32,000 nucleotides of DNA from Demequinaceae bacterium (GTDB taxonomy: Bacteria; Actinomycetota; Actinomycetes; Actinomycetales; Demequinaceae). Under the pieces are notes generated by a model that was not told the origin of the DNA, searched no databases, and was given only the letters and a program-made list of their open reading frames with translations. The position numbers and the translations under genes were made by a program. Where the stretch lies: positions 150,001 to 182,000 of the forward strand of contig OZ252279.1 of assembly GCA_965250005.1 (NCBI GenBank), written 5' to 3'. Of this stretch, positions 6,787-15,745 are shown in pieces; within the stretch, counting starts at the first letter, position 1, and each line of letters begins with the position of its first letter.

Positions 6787-6895
6787 CGACCCGCGGCCCT
6801 CTATCCGCGCTAGCTATTCGTCTTGCCAGCAGCATCGTCCGATATCCCCGGATGGCGCGGGCCGGCTCATACCGAATACAAGGAGCACTACCAGC

Positions 6896-7426
6896 ATGGC
6901 CGTAAAGATCCGTTTGAAGCGTTTTGGCAAGAAGAAGGCCCCGTTCTACCGTGTGGTAGTCCTGGACGGCCGCACCAAACGTGATGGTCGCGCGATCGAA
7001 GAGATCGGCATCTACCACCCCCTGAACGACCCCTCGGTCATCGAGATCGACGGCGAGCGCGCTCGCTACTGGCTCTCGGTTGGCGCGCAGCCATCGGACC
7101 AGGTCCGCAAGCTGCTCACGCTCACCGGCGACTGGGGCATCTTCAAGGGCGAAAAGGGTGCCAAGAGCACCGTTGAGGCACAGGCCGACAAGCTCTCCCC
7201 CGAGGAGCGCATCAAGGAAACCGCCATTGCAGCCGAGAAGGCCAAGGCCCTCAAGGCTGCCGAGCGCGAAGTCGCCGCCAAGAAGTCCGCCGACGAAGCC
7301 GCTGCTGCCAAGAAGGAGGCCGCCGAGAAAGCCGCTGCCGAGAAGGACGCTGCCGAGGCACCTGCTGTTGAAGCGAGTCCCGAGGCCGACGCAGCTCCTG
7401 CTGCTGCCGACGAAGAGGCGAAGTAA
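6896..7426 (+). CDS. rpsP: 30S ribosomal protein S16 with long Ala/Lys/Glu-rich C-terminal extension
   Basis: [43 protein letters not shown]... is the canonical S16 N-terminal domain. AGGAG at 6881-6885 lies 10 nt upstream of the ATG. The protein is 176 aa because of the low-complexity tail. Confidence 0.95.
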   Translation: MAVKIRLKRFGKKKAPFYRVVVLDGRTKRDGRAIEEIGIYHPLNDPSVIEIDGERARYWLSVGAQPSDQVRKLLTLTGDWGIFKGEKGAKSTVEAQADKLSPEERIKETAIAAEKAKALKAAEREVAAKKSADEAAAAKKEAAEKAAAEKDAAEAPAVEASPEADAAPAAADEEAK

Positions 7427-7428
7427 CC

Positions 7429-7665
7429 GTGATCCTCGACGCGCTCGAGTACTTGGTCAGGAGCATCGTCCGCAACCCGGAAGATGTTCGCGTGTCCGAG
7501 CGCTCGGGCCGTCGTGGGCCCACCCTCAACGTGGTGGTTCACCCCGACGATCTCCCGCGCGTCATTGGCCGCCGCGGCCGCACCGCTGACGCGCTGCGCA
7601 CCGTGATCGACGCGGTCGCACGCGAAGAGACGCACGTCAACATCGTGGACGTCGCGCCTCGCTAG
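7429..7665 (+). CDS. KH domain-containing RNA-binding protein (YlqC/UPF0109 family)
   Basis: 78-aa ORF starting at a GTG 2 nt after the rpsP stop. The sequence LEYLVRSIVRNPEDVRV...VIGRRGRTADALRTVI contains the GxxG KH signature. Its position between rpsP and rimM is conserved. Confidence 0.85.
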   Translation: MILDALEYLVRSIVRNPEDVRVSERSGRRGPTLNVVVHPDDLPRVIGRRGRTADALRTVIDAVAREETHVNIVDVAPR

Positions 7666-7684
7666 CGAGGCGCACAATGGCGCG

Positions 7685-8227
7685 ATGCAGCTGACGGTCG
7701 CCCGCATCGGCCGCGCTCAAGGGTTGCGCGGCGAAGTCTCTGTTGAGGCTCATACTGACATTCCCGAGGACCGCTTTGCACCCGGGGAGGTTCTCGCCAC
7801 CGATCCCACCGACGCCGGCCCCCTGACTGTTGCGCGCTCGCGCACCCAGGGCGGGCGCTGGTACCTCACGTTTGACGGCGTCGATGCGCGTGAGGCTGCC
7901 GAAGGCCTCCGCGGAGTGCTCCTCACTGTGGACGAGGAAGAGTCCGACGAGGACGACGCCTGGTATCTGCACGAGATTGTCGGGCTGCGCGTTGAGCGTC
8001 CTACCGGCGAGCTCATTGGCGAGGTCATCGGCCTCGACCACCTTCCCGGTCACGACATGCTCGTGGTCAAGGAGCCCAACGGTAATCGCGCGATGATTCC
8101 GTTCGTGGAAGAGCTGGTGCCCGAGGTCGACGTCAAGGCTGGCCGCGTGATCGCCGACCCGCCGTACGGACTTCTTGACGGCGAGGCCCAGGAAAACACC
8201 GGCGAAACCGCGGGAGCCGGTTCTTGA
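7685..8227 (+). CDS. rimM: ribosome maturation factor RimM
   Basis: The N-terminus [21 protein letters not shown] and the C-terminal PRC-barrel-like segment ([14 protein letters not shown]) are typical of RimM. Synteny is rpsP-KH-rimM-trmD. Confidence 0.9.
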   Translation: MQLTVARIGRAQGLRGEVSVEAHTDIPEDRFAPGEVLATDPTDAGPLTVARSRTQGGRWYLTFDGVDAREAAEGLRGVLLTVDEEESDEDDAWYLHEIVGLRVERPTGELIGEVIGLDHLPGHDMLVVKEPNGNRAMIPFVEELVPEVDVKAGRVIADPPYGLLDGEAQENTGETAGAGS

Positions 8228-8910
8228 TGCGCATTGACGTCGTCACCATCTTCCCCGAGTTCTTCGACGTGCTGCGCGTCGCGCTGCTGGGCAAGGCCCG
8301 CGAGGCCGCACTGGTGGAAACCCACGTCCACAACCTCCGCGACTGGACCGAAGACGTCCACAAGACGGTTGACGATTCGCCCTTCGGCGGGGGCGCTGGC
8401 ATGGTGATGAAGCCCGATGTCTGGGGCAAGGCGCTTGACGCTGTGCTCAAGCCTGGCGCACACCTCGTCGTCCCTTCTCCTGCGGGCGTGCCGTTCACGC
8501 AGGCGATGGCCGCGCAGCTCGCCACCGAGGACCAGATCGCGTTCGCGTGCGGCCGCTACGAAGGCATCGACCAGCGCGTATCCGACCACTACGCGGGCGA
8601 GGGCTTCAGGGTGACCGAGGTATCGCTCGGCGACTATGTGCTCAACGGGGGAGAGGTGGCCGCGTTCGCGATGATCGAGGCGATCACGCGGCTCATCCCC
8701 GGGTTCATGGGCAACGCAGAATCGATTGTCGAGGAGTCCCACGCCGACGGCCTCCTCGAGTACCCCTCGTACACTCGCCCCGCTTCGTGGCGCGGGCTGG
8801 ACGTGCCGGAGGTGCTGCTGAGCGGGCACCACGCGAAGATCGTGGCGTGGCGACGCGAGCAGTCCGAGGCCCGCACGCGCGAGCGTCGCCCGGACCTGCT
8901 TGGCGATTAG
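8227..8910 (+). CDS. trmD: tRNA (guanosine(37)-N1)-methyltransferase TrmD
   Basis: [13 protein letters not shown]..., [10 protein letters not shown] and the [12 protein letters not shown] motifs are typical of TrmD. ATG 8227 overlaps the rimM stop (TGATG). The track ORF begins one codon earlier at TTG 8224. Confidence 0.95.
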   Translation: MRIDVVTIFPEFFDVLRVALLGKAREAALVETHVHNLRDWTEDVHKTVDDSPFGGGAGMVMKPDVWGKALDAVLKPGAHLVVPSPAGVPFTQAMAAQLATEDQIAFACGRYEGIDQRVSDHYAGEGFRVTEVSLGDYVLNGGEVAAFAMIEAITRLIPGFMGNAESIVEESHADGLLEYPSYTRPASWRGLDVPEVLLSGHHAKIVAWRREQSEARTRERRPDLLGD

Positions 8911-8931
8911 TCAGCCTCAGCATCCGTGCTG

Positions 8932-8950
8932 TGGCACAATAGGCGGTCGG
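8932..8950 (+). promoter_or_regulatory. conserved box TGGCACAATAGGCGGTCGG upstream of rplS (candidate extended -10 promoter plus start region)
   Basis: Near-identical (17/19) to the box at 6768-6786 upstream of rpsP. It reads as TGn + CACAAT. The function is inferred only. Confidence 0.3.
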
Positions 8951-9069
8951 TGTACACCGTGCGAAGCCCCGCCACAGGGGGGCCCGCAATTCGGGAGTGC
9001 ACGTCAAAGCAACTCGGCCCGCGAGGGCAGATTCCGCGTTAGACCTGTGGCTAGGGCGAGGAGATAGAA

Positions 9070-9417
9070 ATGCAGAAGCTCGACGGCGTTACCGCAAGCC
9101 AGCTCCGCGACAACATTCCGGAGTTCCGCGCAGGCGACACCCTCAAGGTGCACGTCAAAGTTGTTGAAGGTACGCGCTCGCGTATTCAGGTGTTCGAGGG
9201 CGTCGTCATCTCGCGCCACGGTGGCGGAATCGGCGAGACCTTCGCGGTCCGCAAGATCTCGTTCGGCACCGGCGTGGAGCGTAAGTTTCCGCTGCACTCG
9301 CCCGTAATCGACAAGATTGAGGTTGTCTCCAAGGGCGTCGTTCGCCGGGCCAAGCTCTACTACCTGCGCGACTTGCGCGGCAAGGCTGCCCGCATTCGCG
9401 AAAAGCGCGAGAACTAG
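9070..9417 (+). CDS. rplS: 50S ribosomal protein L19
   Basis: The 115-aa sequence ...[63 protein letters not shown] is the canonical L19. GAGGAG lies just upstream of the ATG. Confidence 0.95.
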   Translation: MQKLDGVTASQLRDNIPEFRAGDTLKVHVKVVEGTRSRIQVFEGVVISRHGGGIGETFAVRKISFGTGVERKFPLHSPVIDKIEVVSKGVVRRAKLYYLRDLRGKAARIREKREN

Positions 9418-9450
9418 GGACCCCCGGCCGTTCCGGCTGGTGACCCGCAC

Positions 9451-10224
9451 GTGGCTTCTCCCAAGGGCGCGGTGCCCGCAGTGAAGGCTGGCGCCAAGGC
9501 GTCATCAAAGTCCTCCACCGGTGCCGCAGCCAAGAGCATGGGCGCCGACGTGCCTGTGTCGTGGAGCCAGAGGGTCCTCACGTGGGCCAAAGAACTAGGA
9601 ATCATCGTCGCGAGCGCCCTGGTGCTCTCGCTGATCATCAAGACGTTCTTCTTCCAGTCGTTCTGGATTCCGTCGAGCTCCATGGAAACCACGCTGGACG
9701 TTGGCGACCGAATCCTGGTAACCAAGTGGCGCCCGGAACCCCTTGAGCTACGTCGCGGCGACATTATCGTCTTCAAGGACCCCGGCAACTGGCTAGGAAC
9801 GCCCGCCCTTCCCGCTGACCAACTTCCGGGCTGGGCCGACGGCTTCCTCACGTTCACTGGCCTGCTCCCCGAGGACGCAGGCGAGCACCTGGTAAAGCGT
9901 GTGGTCGGGCTGCCGGGAGACGTGGTGGTGTGCTGCGACGCCGACGGCTTCATCACCATCAACGGCGAGCGCCTGGTCGAGCCGTACCTTGATGCCGGAG
10001 TTGAGCCGTCTATGTCGGAATTCACCACCGAGCCGATCCCTGAGGGTTACGTGTGGGTCATGGGAGACAACCGCCCCGGAAGCGGCGATTCGCGATTCCA
10101 CCGCGCCGAACCAGGCGGCGGCGCCATCCCCATCGACAACATCGTCGGGGTAGTTTTCGCCACTGTGTGGCCCCTCAACCACTGGACAGGGCACGGAAAT
10201 CCGTTCCCCGAAGACGGCTCCTGA
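9451..10224 (+). CDS. lepB: signal peptidase I
   Basis: The catalytic Ser box is IPSSSMETTL, with KRVVGLPGD and the GDNRPGSGDSR box. An N-terminal TM segment is present (LGIIVASALVLSLII). The start could alternatively be ATG 9538. Confidence 0.9.
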   Translation: MASPKGAVPAVKAGAKASSKSSTGAAAKSMGADVPVSWSQRVLTWAKELGIIVASALVLSLIIKTFFFQSFWIPSSSMETTLDVGDRILVTKWRPEPLELRRGDIIVFKDPGNWLGTPALPADQLPGWADGFLTFTGLLPEDAGEHLVKRVVGLPGDVVVCCDADGFITINGERLVEPYLDAGVEPSMSEFTTEPIPEGYVWVMGDNRPGSGDSRFHRAEPGGGAIPIDNIVGVVFATVWPLNHWTGHGNPFPEDGS

Positions 10225-10227
10225 CGC

Positions 10228-10929
10228 GTGGCGGTCTCGCTCGAGCGTGAACGTGCCCTGTGGGATGCGGGCGCCCGCGTGGTCGTGGGCGTGGACGAGG
10301 TTGGACGCGGGGCGCTAGCAGGCCCGGTGTGCGTGGGAGTGACCGCCCTTGAACCCACCGACCGGTGGCCCGAGGGTCTGGCGGACTCCAAAGAACTCAC
10401 TCCCGCGCGGCGTAACACGATGGCTGAGGCGCTCGCGGGCTACGGAATCGCCCGGGCCGTCGGGCATGCGAGTGCGACAGAAATCGACGCACACGGCATC
10501 GTTCCGGCGCTCCGCCTTGCGGGTATGCGGGCGCTCCACGATCTGAGTCAGGCCGGCGCGGCGCCCGACGCGATACTGCTCGACGGGAAGCACGACTGGC
10601 TCACGCCATCGGCGGCCGATCTGTTTGATGACGTTGTCGAGATGGAGTCGGACGGCCCGCGGCTTCCGCTTCCAGATGTAGCGGTGCCACCGGTGACGAT
10701 GGTGATTGGCGGGGACAACCTGTGTGCGTCTATCGCGGCAGGCTCGGTGATTGCCAAGGTCGAGCGCGACGCGCTGATGGTCGCGGCGCACGTCGCACAC
10801 CCCGAATACGGATGGGCAGGGAACAAGGGCTACGGCGCGGCCAGCCACCTCGATGCGCTGCGACGGCTGGGGCCTACCGCGTGGCATCGGACCTCGTGGA
10901 GCCTGCCTGAGCGAGACGGCGAGGCGTGA
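10228..10929 (+). CDS. rnhB: ribonuclease HII
   Basis: GVDEVGRGALAGPVCV and DSKELT motifs are present, and the gene follows lepB as in conserved synteny. Confidence 0.9.
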   Translation: MAVSLERERALWDAGARVVVGVDEVGRGALAGPVCVGVTALEPTDRWPEGLADSKELTPARRNTMAEALAGYGIARAVGHASATEIDAHGIVPALRLAGMRALHDLSQAGAAPDAILLDGKHDWLTPSAADLFDDVVEMESDGPRLPLPDVAVPPVTMVIGGDNLCASIAAGSVIAKVERDALMVAAHVAHPEYGWAGNKGYGAASHLDALRRLGPTAWHRTSWSLPERDGEA

Positions 10930-10981
10930 TGGACGGCGCGGCACTTCCGCATCGGCGGGCCGGACACGTCATGATTGAGCC

Positions 10982-11314
10982 ATGAATTCCGAGGACCTCG
11001 AAAACTACGAGACCGAAGCCGAGTTGGCGCTGTACCGCGAGTACCGCGATGTGGTGGGCCTGTTCAGCTACGTGGTCGAGACTGATCGGCGGTTCTACTT
11101 GTGCAACAAGGTGGACCTGACAACGAAGTCCGAGGGCGGCGACGTCTACTTTGAGCTCGCGCTGGTGGACGCGTGGGTGTGGGACGTGTACCGCTCCGCG
11201 CGCCTGGTCAAGAACGTCCGGGTGGTGACGTTCAAGGACGTCAATATCGAGGAACTCGCGCACGACGACGCGATGCCGGACATCCACGCGCTGCGGAGTC
11301 CTCGCAAGAAGTAG
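10982..11314 (+). CDS. DUF2469 domain-containing protein (conserved actinobacterial)
   Basis: The 110-aa sequence SEDLENYETEAELALYREYRDVVGLFSYVVETDRRFYLCNKVDL is the characteristic DUF2469 sequence. Its position between rnhB and yraN is conserved. Confidence 0.8.
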   Translation: MNSEDLENYETEAELALYREYRDVVGLFSYVVETDRRFYLCNKVDLTTKSEGGDVYFELALVDAWVWDVYRSARLVKNVRVVTFKDVNIEELAHDDAMPDIHALRSPRKK

Positions 11315-11462
11315 TCCGGGTGGTTGCGCGCGCACGCGTGGGTGCGAACCCGCGCACGTGCTGATGTCCCCAGGGCGTGATTGCTCCGCCTGACTTCTCT
11401 CCGTATCGCCGACGCTCACTCTCCGCGGCTCGCTACGGTGAGACTTGCCGCGGAGGCGAGAC

Positions 11463-11864
11463 ATGGACCAGGACGATGGTGGGACGCCGGCCGCGCGCGT
11501 GCCGCCCGGAGCGAGTAAGGACGTGATCGGCCGGTTTGGTGAGGATGTGGCCGCCCGCGTGTTGGCGGACCTGGGCTGGGAGATCCTCGAACGCAACTGG
11601 CGCTGCGCGCACGGCGAGATAGACATTGTCGGGGTTGAGGGCGATGAGGCGGTGATCGTCGAGGTGAAGGCCCGGCGCACATCGACATTCGGCTCGCCTG
11701 CCGAGGCGGTGACGCGATCCAAGCTCGCGCGGCTACGAAGGCTCGCCGCCGCGTGGCTTGCCAGCCAGGACCGCGGGTTCTCTGGGGTGCGGATTGACGT
11801 CATTGCGATCGATGTGCGGCGGCCGGGTGCTGCGCACGTCGAACACTTACGGGGCGTCGGGTGA
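11463..11864 (+). CDS. yraN: YraN family endonuclease-like protein (UPF0102)
   Basis: The core GEDVAARVLADLGWEILERNWRCAHGEIDIVGVEGDEAVIVEVKARR is typical of the YraN/UPF0102 family. ATG 11463 lies 6 nt after GGAGG (11452-11456). The track ORF starts earlier at TTG 11445. Confidence 0.8.
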   Translation: MDQDDGGTPAARVPPGASKDVIGRFGEDVAARVLADLGWEILERNWRCAHGEIDIVGVEGDEAVIVEVKARRTSTFGSPAEAVTRSKLARLRRLAAAWLASQDRGFSGVRIDVIAIDVRRPGAAHVEHLRGVG

Positions 11865-13396
11865 TTGGGCGCACCCGCTCGGTAGTGCTCGCGGGGCTCG
11901 CCGGGCACGTCATCGATGTTGAGGCGCACGTGGCCGCGTCGCTGCCCGCCTTTACAATTGTCGGACTGCCGGACGCGAGCCTCAATGAGTCACGCGACAG
12001 GGTGAGGGCCGCCGTAGCCTCCAGCGGGATGCAGTGGCCCAACCGGCGCATCACCGTCAATTTGTCCCCCGCGTCGCTGCCCAAGTCAGGGTCTGTCACG
12101 GACCTCGCGATCGCTGTTGCGGTCCTTGCGAGCGCGCAATTGATTGACGCGCGGGAGGCCGCCCGCACCGTACACCTAGGCGAACTTGGCCTTGACGGGT
12201 GCGTGCGACCGATCCGCGGTGTGCTGCCCGCGGTGGTCGCGGCCGTCGCCGCGGGCGCCTCACGCGTGGTGGTGCCCGCCGGAAATCAGGCGGAGGCGCA
12301 GTTGGTGCCGGGAGCAGAGGTGGTTGCCATGGGGTCCCTTGGCGAGCTCGCCCAGCTCTACGGGAACGAGAAGGCGCGGCCGGCGGTGGTGTACGCGCTC
12401 ACCGCTGCGCCGGTGGCCACGCGTGTTGATGCCGACGCTGACCTGGTTGACGTCCGTGGTCAGGAGGAGGCGCGGTGGGCTCTCGAGGTGACAGCCGCTG
12501 GCGGGCACCACCTGCTCATGGTGGGGCCGCCAGGCTGCGGCAAGACCATGCTTGCGGCGCGGCTTCCCGGGATTCTGCCCGATCTCAGCAGCGACGACGC
12601 GGTCGCCGCCACCTCAGTCCACTCCATCTCAGGAACGTTTAATCCGAGTGCGGGGCTGCTACGCCGGCCGCCGTTCCAGGCGCCGCATCACTCGACCTCC
12701 GCTGCTGCGATTGTGGGCGGCGGGCCGCAGATGGCCAAGCCCGGAGCAATCTCCCGTGCCCACGGCGGAGTCCTATTCCTTGACGAGGCACCGGAGTTTC
12801 CGGCGCGCGTGCTGCAGACGCTCCGGCAGCCGCTTGAGGAAGGCCAGGTGGTGCTCCACCGTGCTGCGGGTGCCGCTCGGTACCCTGCGCGCTTCCAGCT
12901 GGTCATGGCCGCCAATCCGTGCCCGTGCGGCAAGTACACCGGAACGGGGGCGGGCTGCACGTGCGCGCCGATGGCCCGTCGTCGCTACTTTGGCCGGCTG
13001 TCCGGGCCATTGCTCGATCGCATCGACGTGCACGTAGAACTACGTCCCGTCCGGCGCGGCGCTGACGCGCCGGGGGAGTCGAGCACTGTCGTGGCGACGC
13101 GTGTCCTTGGGGCACGGCAACGGGCGCGCGAGCGGATGCGCGCCGAGGGCTGGGAGACCAACGTGCAGGCGTCGCCCCGGTGGTTGCGGGAACACACACC
13201 CAAAGCCAGCGTCCGCATTCTGTTCCGTGCGATGGACCGCGGGGTACTGACGGCGCGTGGCGTGGACCGCGCGCTGCGCGTGGCGTGGACACTCGCGGAC
13301 CTCGCCAAGGTCGAGGCGCCGGGTGAGGACCAGGTGAGCCAGGCGATGATGCTTCGTACGCGCGGGCACGCAGGCGCGGCTGGAGCGGCCGTGTGA
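11861..13396 (+). CDS. comM: YifB/ComM family Mg-chelatase-like AAA+ ATPase
   Basis: It has an N-terminal Lon-protease-like domain, Walker A GPPGCGKTMLA and Walker B VLFLDEAPEF. The GTGA start overlaps the yraN stop. Confidence 0.9.
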   Translation: MIGRTRSVVLAGLAGHVIDVEAHVAASLPAFTIVGLPDASLNESRDRVRAAVASSGMQWPNRRITVNLSPASLPKSGSVTDLAIAVAVLASAQLIDAREAARTVHLGELGLDGCVRPIRGVLPAVVAAVAAGASRVVVPAGNQAEAQLVPGAEVVAMGSLGELAQLYGNEKARPAVVYALTAAPVATRVDADADLVDVRGQEEARWALEVTAAGGHHLLMVGPPGCGKTMLAARLPGILPDLSSDDAVAATSVHSISGTFNPSAGLLRRPPFQAPHHSTSAAAIVGGGPQMAKPGAISRAHGGVLFLDEAPEFPARVLQTLRQPLEEGQVVLHRAAGAARYPARFQLVMAANPCPCGKYTGTGAGCTCAPMARRRYFGRLSGPLLDRIDVHVELRPVRRGADAPGESSTVVATRVLGARQRARERMRAEGWETNVQASPRWLREHTPKASVRILFRAMDRGVLTARGVDRALRVAWTLADLAKVEAPGEDQVSQAMMLRTRGHAGAAGAAV

Positions 13397-14646
13397 ACGC
13401 GGAGGCGAACACAGACGGAAGTGCAGACGTGAACGCAACCGCGAGCGCGAAGACCATCGCCAAGACAAGCGCCAAGGTCCGGTCGCTCGTGGCGTGGAGC
13501 GCCATCGCAGAACCGGGAGATGCTGAGGCGCACGCCCTGGTGGAAATGCTGGGCCCCGTTGAGGCGCTCGCATGGCTTGACGGAGCGACCGCAGACCCAG
13601 TCACGGCGACTGCGCAACTTGCCCCGCACGCGGCCCCGCCCCAGGCTGCACGTATGATCGCCGCAACCGAGCGGTGGAAGCTGCGCGGAACCGCACGAAA
13701 TTCAGACCAGCACCTGGAGCGGGCCGCTGCCGTTGGGGCGCGGGTGATCGGTAGGGGCGAGCCTGGCTGGCCCGATGAACTCGACTCGCTGGGCTTGGCT
13801 GCCCCGTACTGCCTGTGGGTGCGTGGGCCTCTCGACGTGGCCGCCGCCTGGGCTCGCTCGATTGCCATTGTTGGGTCGCGATCCAGCACGGACTACGGCG
13901 AGCACGTAGCGGGAACCATGGCGGCAGATCTCGCGGATGATGGCTGGGCAATCATCTCCGGCGGCGCCTACGGAATCGATATTCGAGCGCACCGCGGTGC
14001 GCTGGCCGTTGACGGCCCAACAGTAGCCGTGATGGCGGGCGGCGTGGACCGCATGTACCCGGTGGGAAACGCGGAGGCGCTCGATCGGATTCTGGAGGTG
14101 GGCGCGGTGGTGAGCGAGGTCCCTCCTGGGTATGCGCCGCATCGCAGTCGCTTCCTCACGCGCAATCGGCTGATCGCGGCGGCCCGCGCGACCGTCGTGA
14201 TCGAGGCGGCGCACCGCTCCGGAGCGCTCAGCACCGCGGCACACGCCGTCCAGATGGCGCGCCCGGTTGCCGCGCTGCCGGGGCCCGTCACGTCAGCGTC
14301 GTCCGCAGGGTGTCACCGGCTCATTCGGGACGGCAGTGCTGTGCTGGTGACCGCAGCCAGGGACGTCGCCGAACTCGCGGGCCCGCTCGATGCCGAGCGC
14401 GTGGCTCCAGGAGACGGCGGGGCTGGCGCTCCGCGCCTGCAGAGCGAGCTCGACGCTCCCGAGTTTTCCCAACCGAGTCATCGTCAGGCCTACGACGCGA
14501 TTGGCGGCCGGGGCTCGACGGTGGCGCAGGTGGCCGCGCTTGCCGGGCTCAGCATGGGCGAGGCGCGCGCCGCGCTCGGAGCGCTGGAGCTCGGCGGGCT
14601 GGCAGGCAGGGAAGGGGTGCTGTGGCGGTCGATTCCGCCGCGATAA
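13393..14646 (+). CDS. dprA: DNA-processing protein DprA (Smf)
   Basis: The Rossmann-like DprA core includes IVGSRSSTDYGEHVA..., SGGAYGIDIRAHRGAL and FLTRNRLIAA. The GTGA start overlaps the comM stop. Confidence 0.9.
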   Translation: MNAEANTDGSADVNATASAKTIAKTSAKVRSLVAWSAIAEPGDAEAHALVEMLGPVEALAWLDGATADPVTATAQLAPHAAPPQAARMIAATERWKLRGTARNSDQHLERAAAVGARVIGRGEPGWPDELDSLGLAAPYCLWVRGPLDVAAAWARSIAIVGSRSSTDYGEHVAGTMAADLADDGWAIISGGAYGIDIRAHRGALAVDGPTVAVMAGGVDRMYPVGNAEALDRILEVGAVVSEVPPGYAPHRSRFLTRNRLIAAARATVVIEAAHRSGALSTAAHAVQMARPVAALPGPVTSASSAGCHRLIRDGSAVLVTAARDVAELAGPLDAERVAPGDGGAGAPRLQSELDAPEFSQPSHRQAYDAIGGRGSTVAQVAALAGLSMGEARAALGALELGGLAGREGVLWRSIPPR

Positions 14647-14727
14647 AGCGTACGCTGGGGTGATGATGAGCCGCACGAAACTCGCGACATACGCGGACAG
14701 CACGCCTCGCAAGCCGGAGCAAACGCG

Positions 14728-15741
14728 GTGACGGGCACACCAGCACGCAAAGAGGTCGAGTCAGCAATGCTCGCGCCAGCCGAACGTGCCATCCAGGTGA
14801 TCGGTGGTGACCTCACCGAGAAGAGCCTGCGGCTTCATCTCGAGGGGCTACCGCGGGTCGATGGCGTCGGACTCGAAGCGCGAGCCGCCTCGCTCGGTAC
14901 GCGCTCGATCAAGACCACATCGAAGGCATGGGCACTCGACACGATCATCGGCCTGATCGACCTGACCACGCTCGAGGGTGCTGACACGCCAGGCAAAGTG
15001 CACTCGCTCGTTGCGAAGGCCATGACGCCTGACCCCTCAGACTTGTCTGCGCCCCGGGTCGCAGCGGTTTGTGTCTACGGCGACATGGTGCCGTACGCCG
15101 TCGCCGCGCTCGGTTCAGGCAGCGGCGTCAACGTCGCGGCGGTCGCTACAGCCTTCCCGAGCGGCCGCGCTTCGCTTCCGGTGAAACTCGCGGACACAAA
15201 GGATGCGGTCTCGGCTGGCGCGGACGAGATCGATATGGTCATCGACCGTGGGGCGTTCCTGTCTGGCCGCTACGGCCTGGTGTTCGACCAGATTGTGGCA
15301 GTCAAAGAGGCGTGCAGGCGCGACGACGGCACATACGCCCACCTCAAGGTGATCCTCGAGACCGGCGAACTGAACACCTACGACAACGTGCGCAGAGCAT
15401 CCTGGCTCGCGATCTTAGCCGGCGGCGATTTCATCAAGACCTCGACGGGCAAGGTGGCTCCGGCCGCGACGCTCCCTGTCACGCTGCTGATGCTGCAGAT
15501 GGTGCGCGACTGGCACAATCTCACCGGTGAGCGGATCGGCGTGAAACCGGCGGGTGGCATCCGGACCTCCAAAGACGCCATCAAGTACCTGGTAACAGTG
15601 GCCGAGACGGTGGGGGAGGAGTGGCTGCAGCCGCACCTATTCCGCTTCGGTGCGTCGAGCCTGCTCAATGATGTTCTGTTGCAGCGCCAGAAAATGACAA
15701 CCGGTCGCTACAGCGGCCCCGACTACGTAACGGTGGACTGA
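14728..15741 (+). CDS. deoC: deoxyribose-phosphate aldolase (long actinobacterial form)
   Basis: Motifs present are IDLTTLEGADTPGKV, AAVCVYGDMV, ADEIDMVIDRG, the Schiff-base lysine context FIKTSTGK, and VKPAGGIRT. GTG 14728 lies 8 nt after GGAG. ATG 14767 is an alternative start. Confidence 0.9.
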   Translation: MTGTPARKEVESAMLAPAERAIQVIGGDLTEKSLRLHLEGLPRVDGVGLEARAASLGTRSIKTTSKAWALDTIIGLIDLTTLEGADTPGKVHSLVAKAMTPDPSDLSAPRVAAVCVYGDMVPYAVAALGSGSGVNVAAVATAFPSGRASLPVKLADTKDAVSAGADEIDMVIDRGAFLSGRYGLVFDQIVAVKEACRRDDGTYAHLKVILETGELNTYDNVRRASWLAILAGGDFIKTSTGKVAPAATLPVTLLMLQMVRDWHNLTGERIGVKPAGGIRTSKDAIKYLVTVAETVGEEWLQPHLFRFGASSLLNDVLLQRQKMTTGRYSGPDYVTVD

Positions 15742-15745
15742 GAGC

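Noticed and set aside
11315-11462. GC-rich palindromes after the DUF2469 gene (TGCGCGCGCA, CACGCGTG, GCACGTGC, and CGGGT...ACCCG around 11320-11362) as a terminator or a regulatory RNA.
   Set aside because: Short self-complementary GC strings are expected by chance at this composition. There is no U-tract and I could not define a consistent extended stem, so this is left unannotated.
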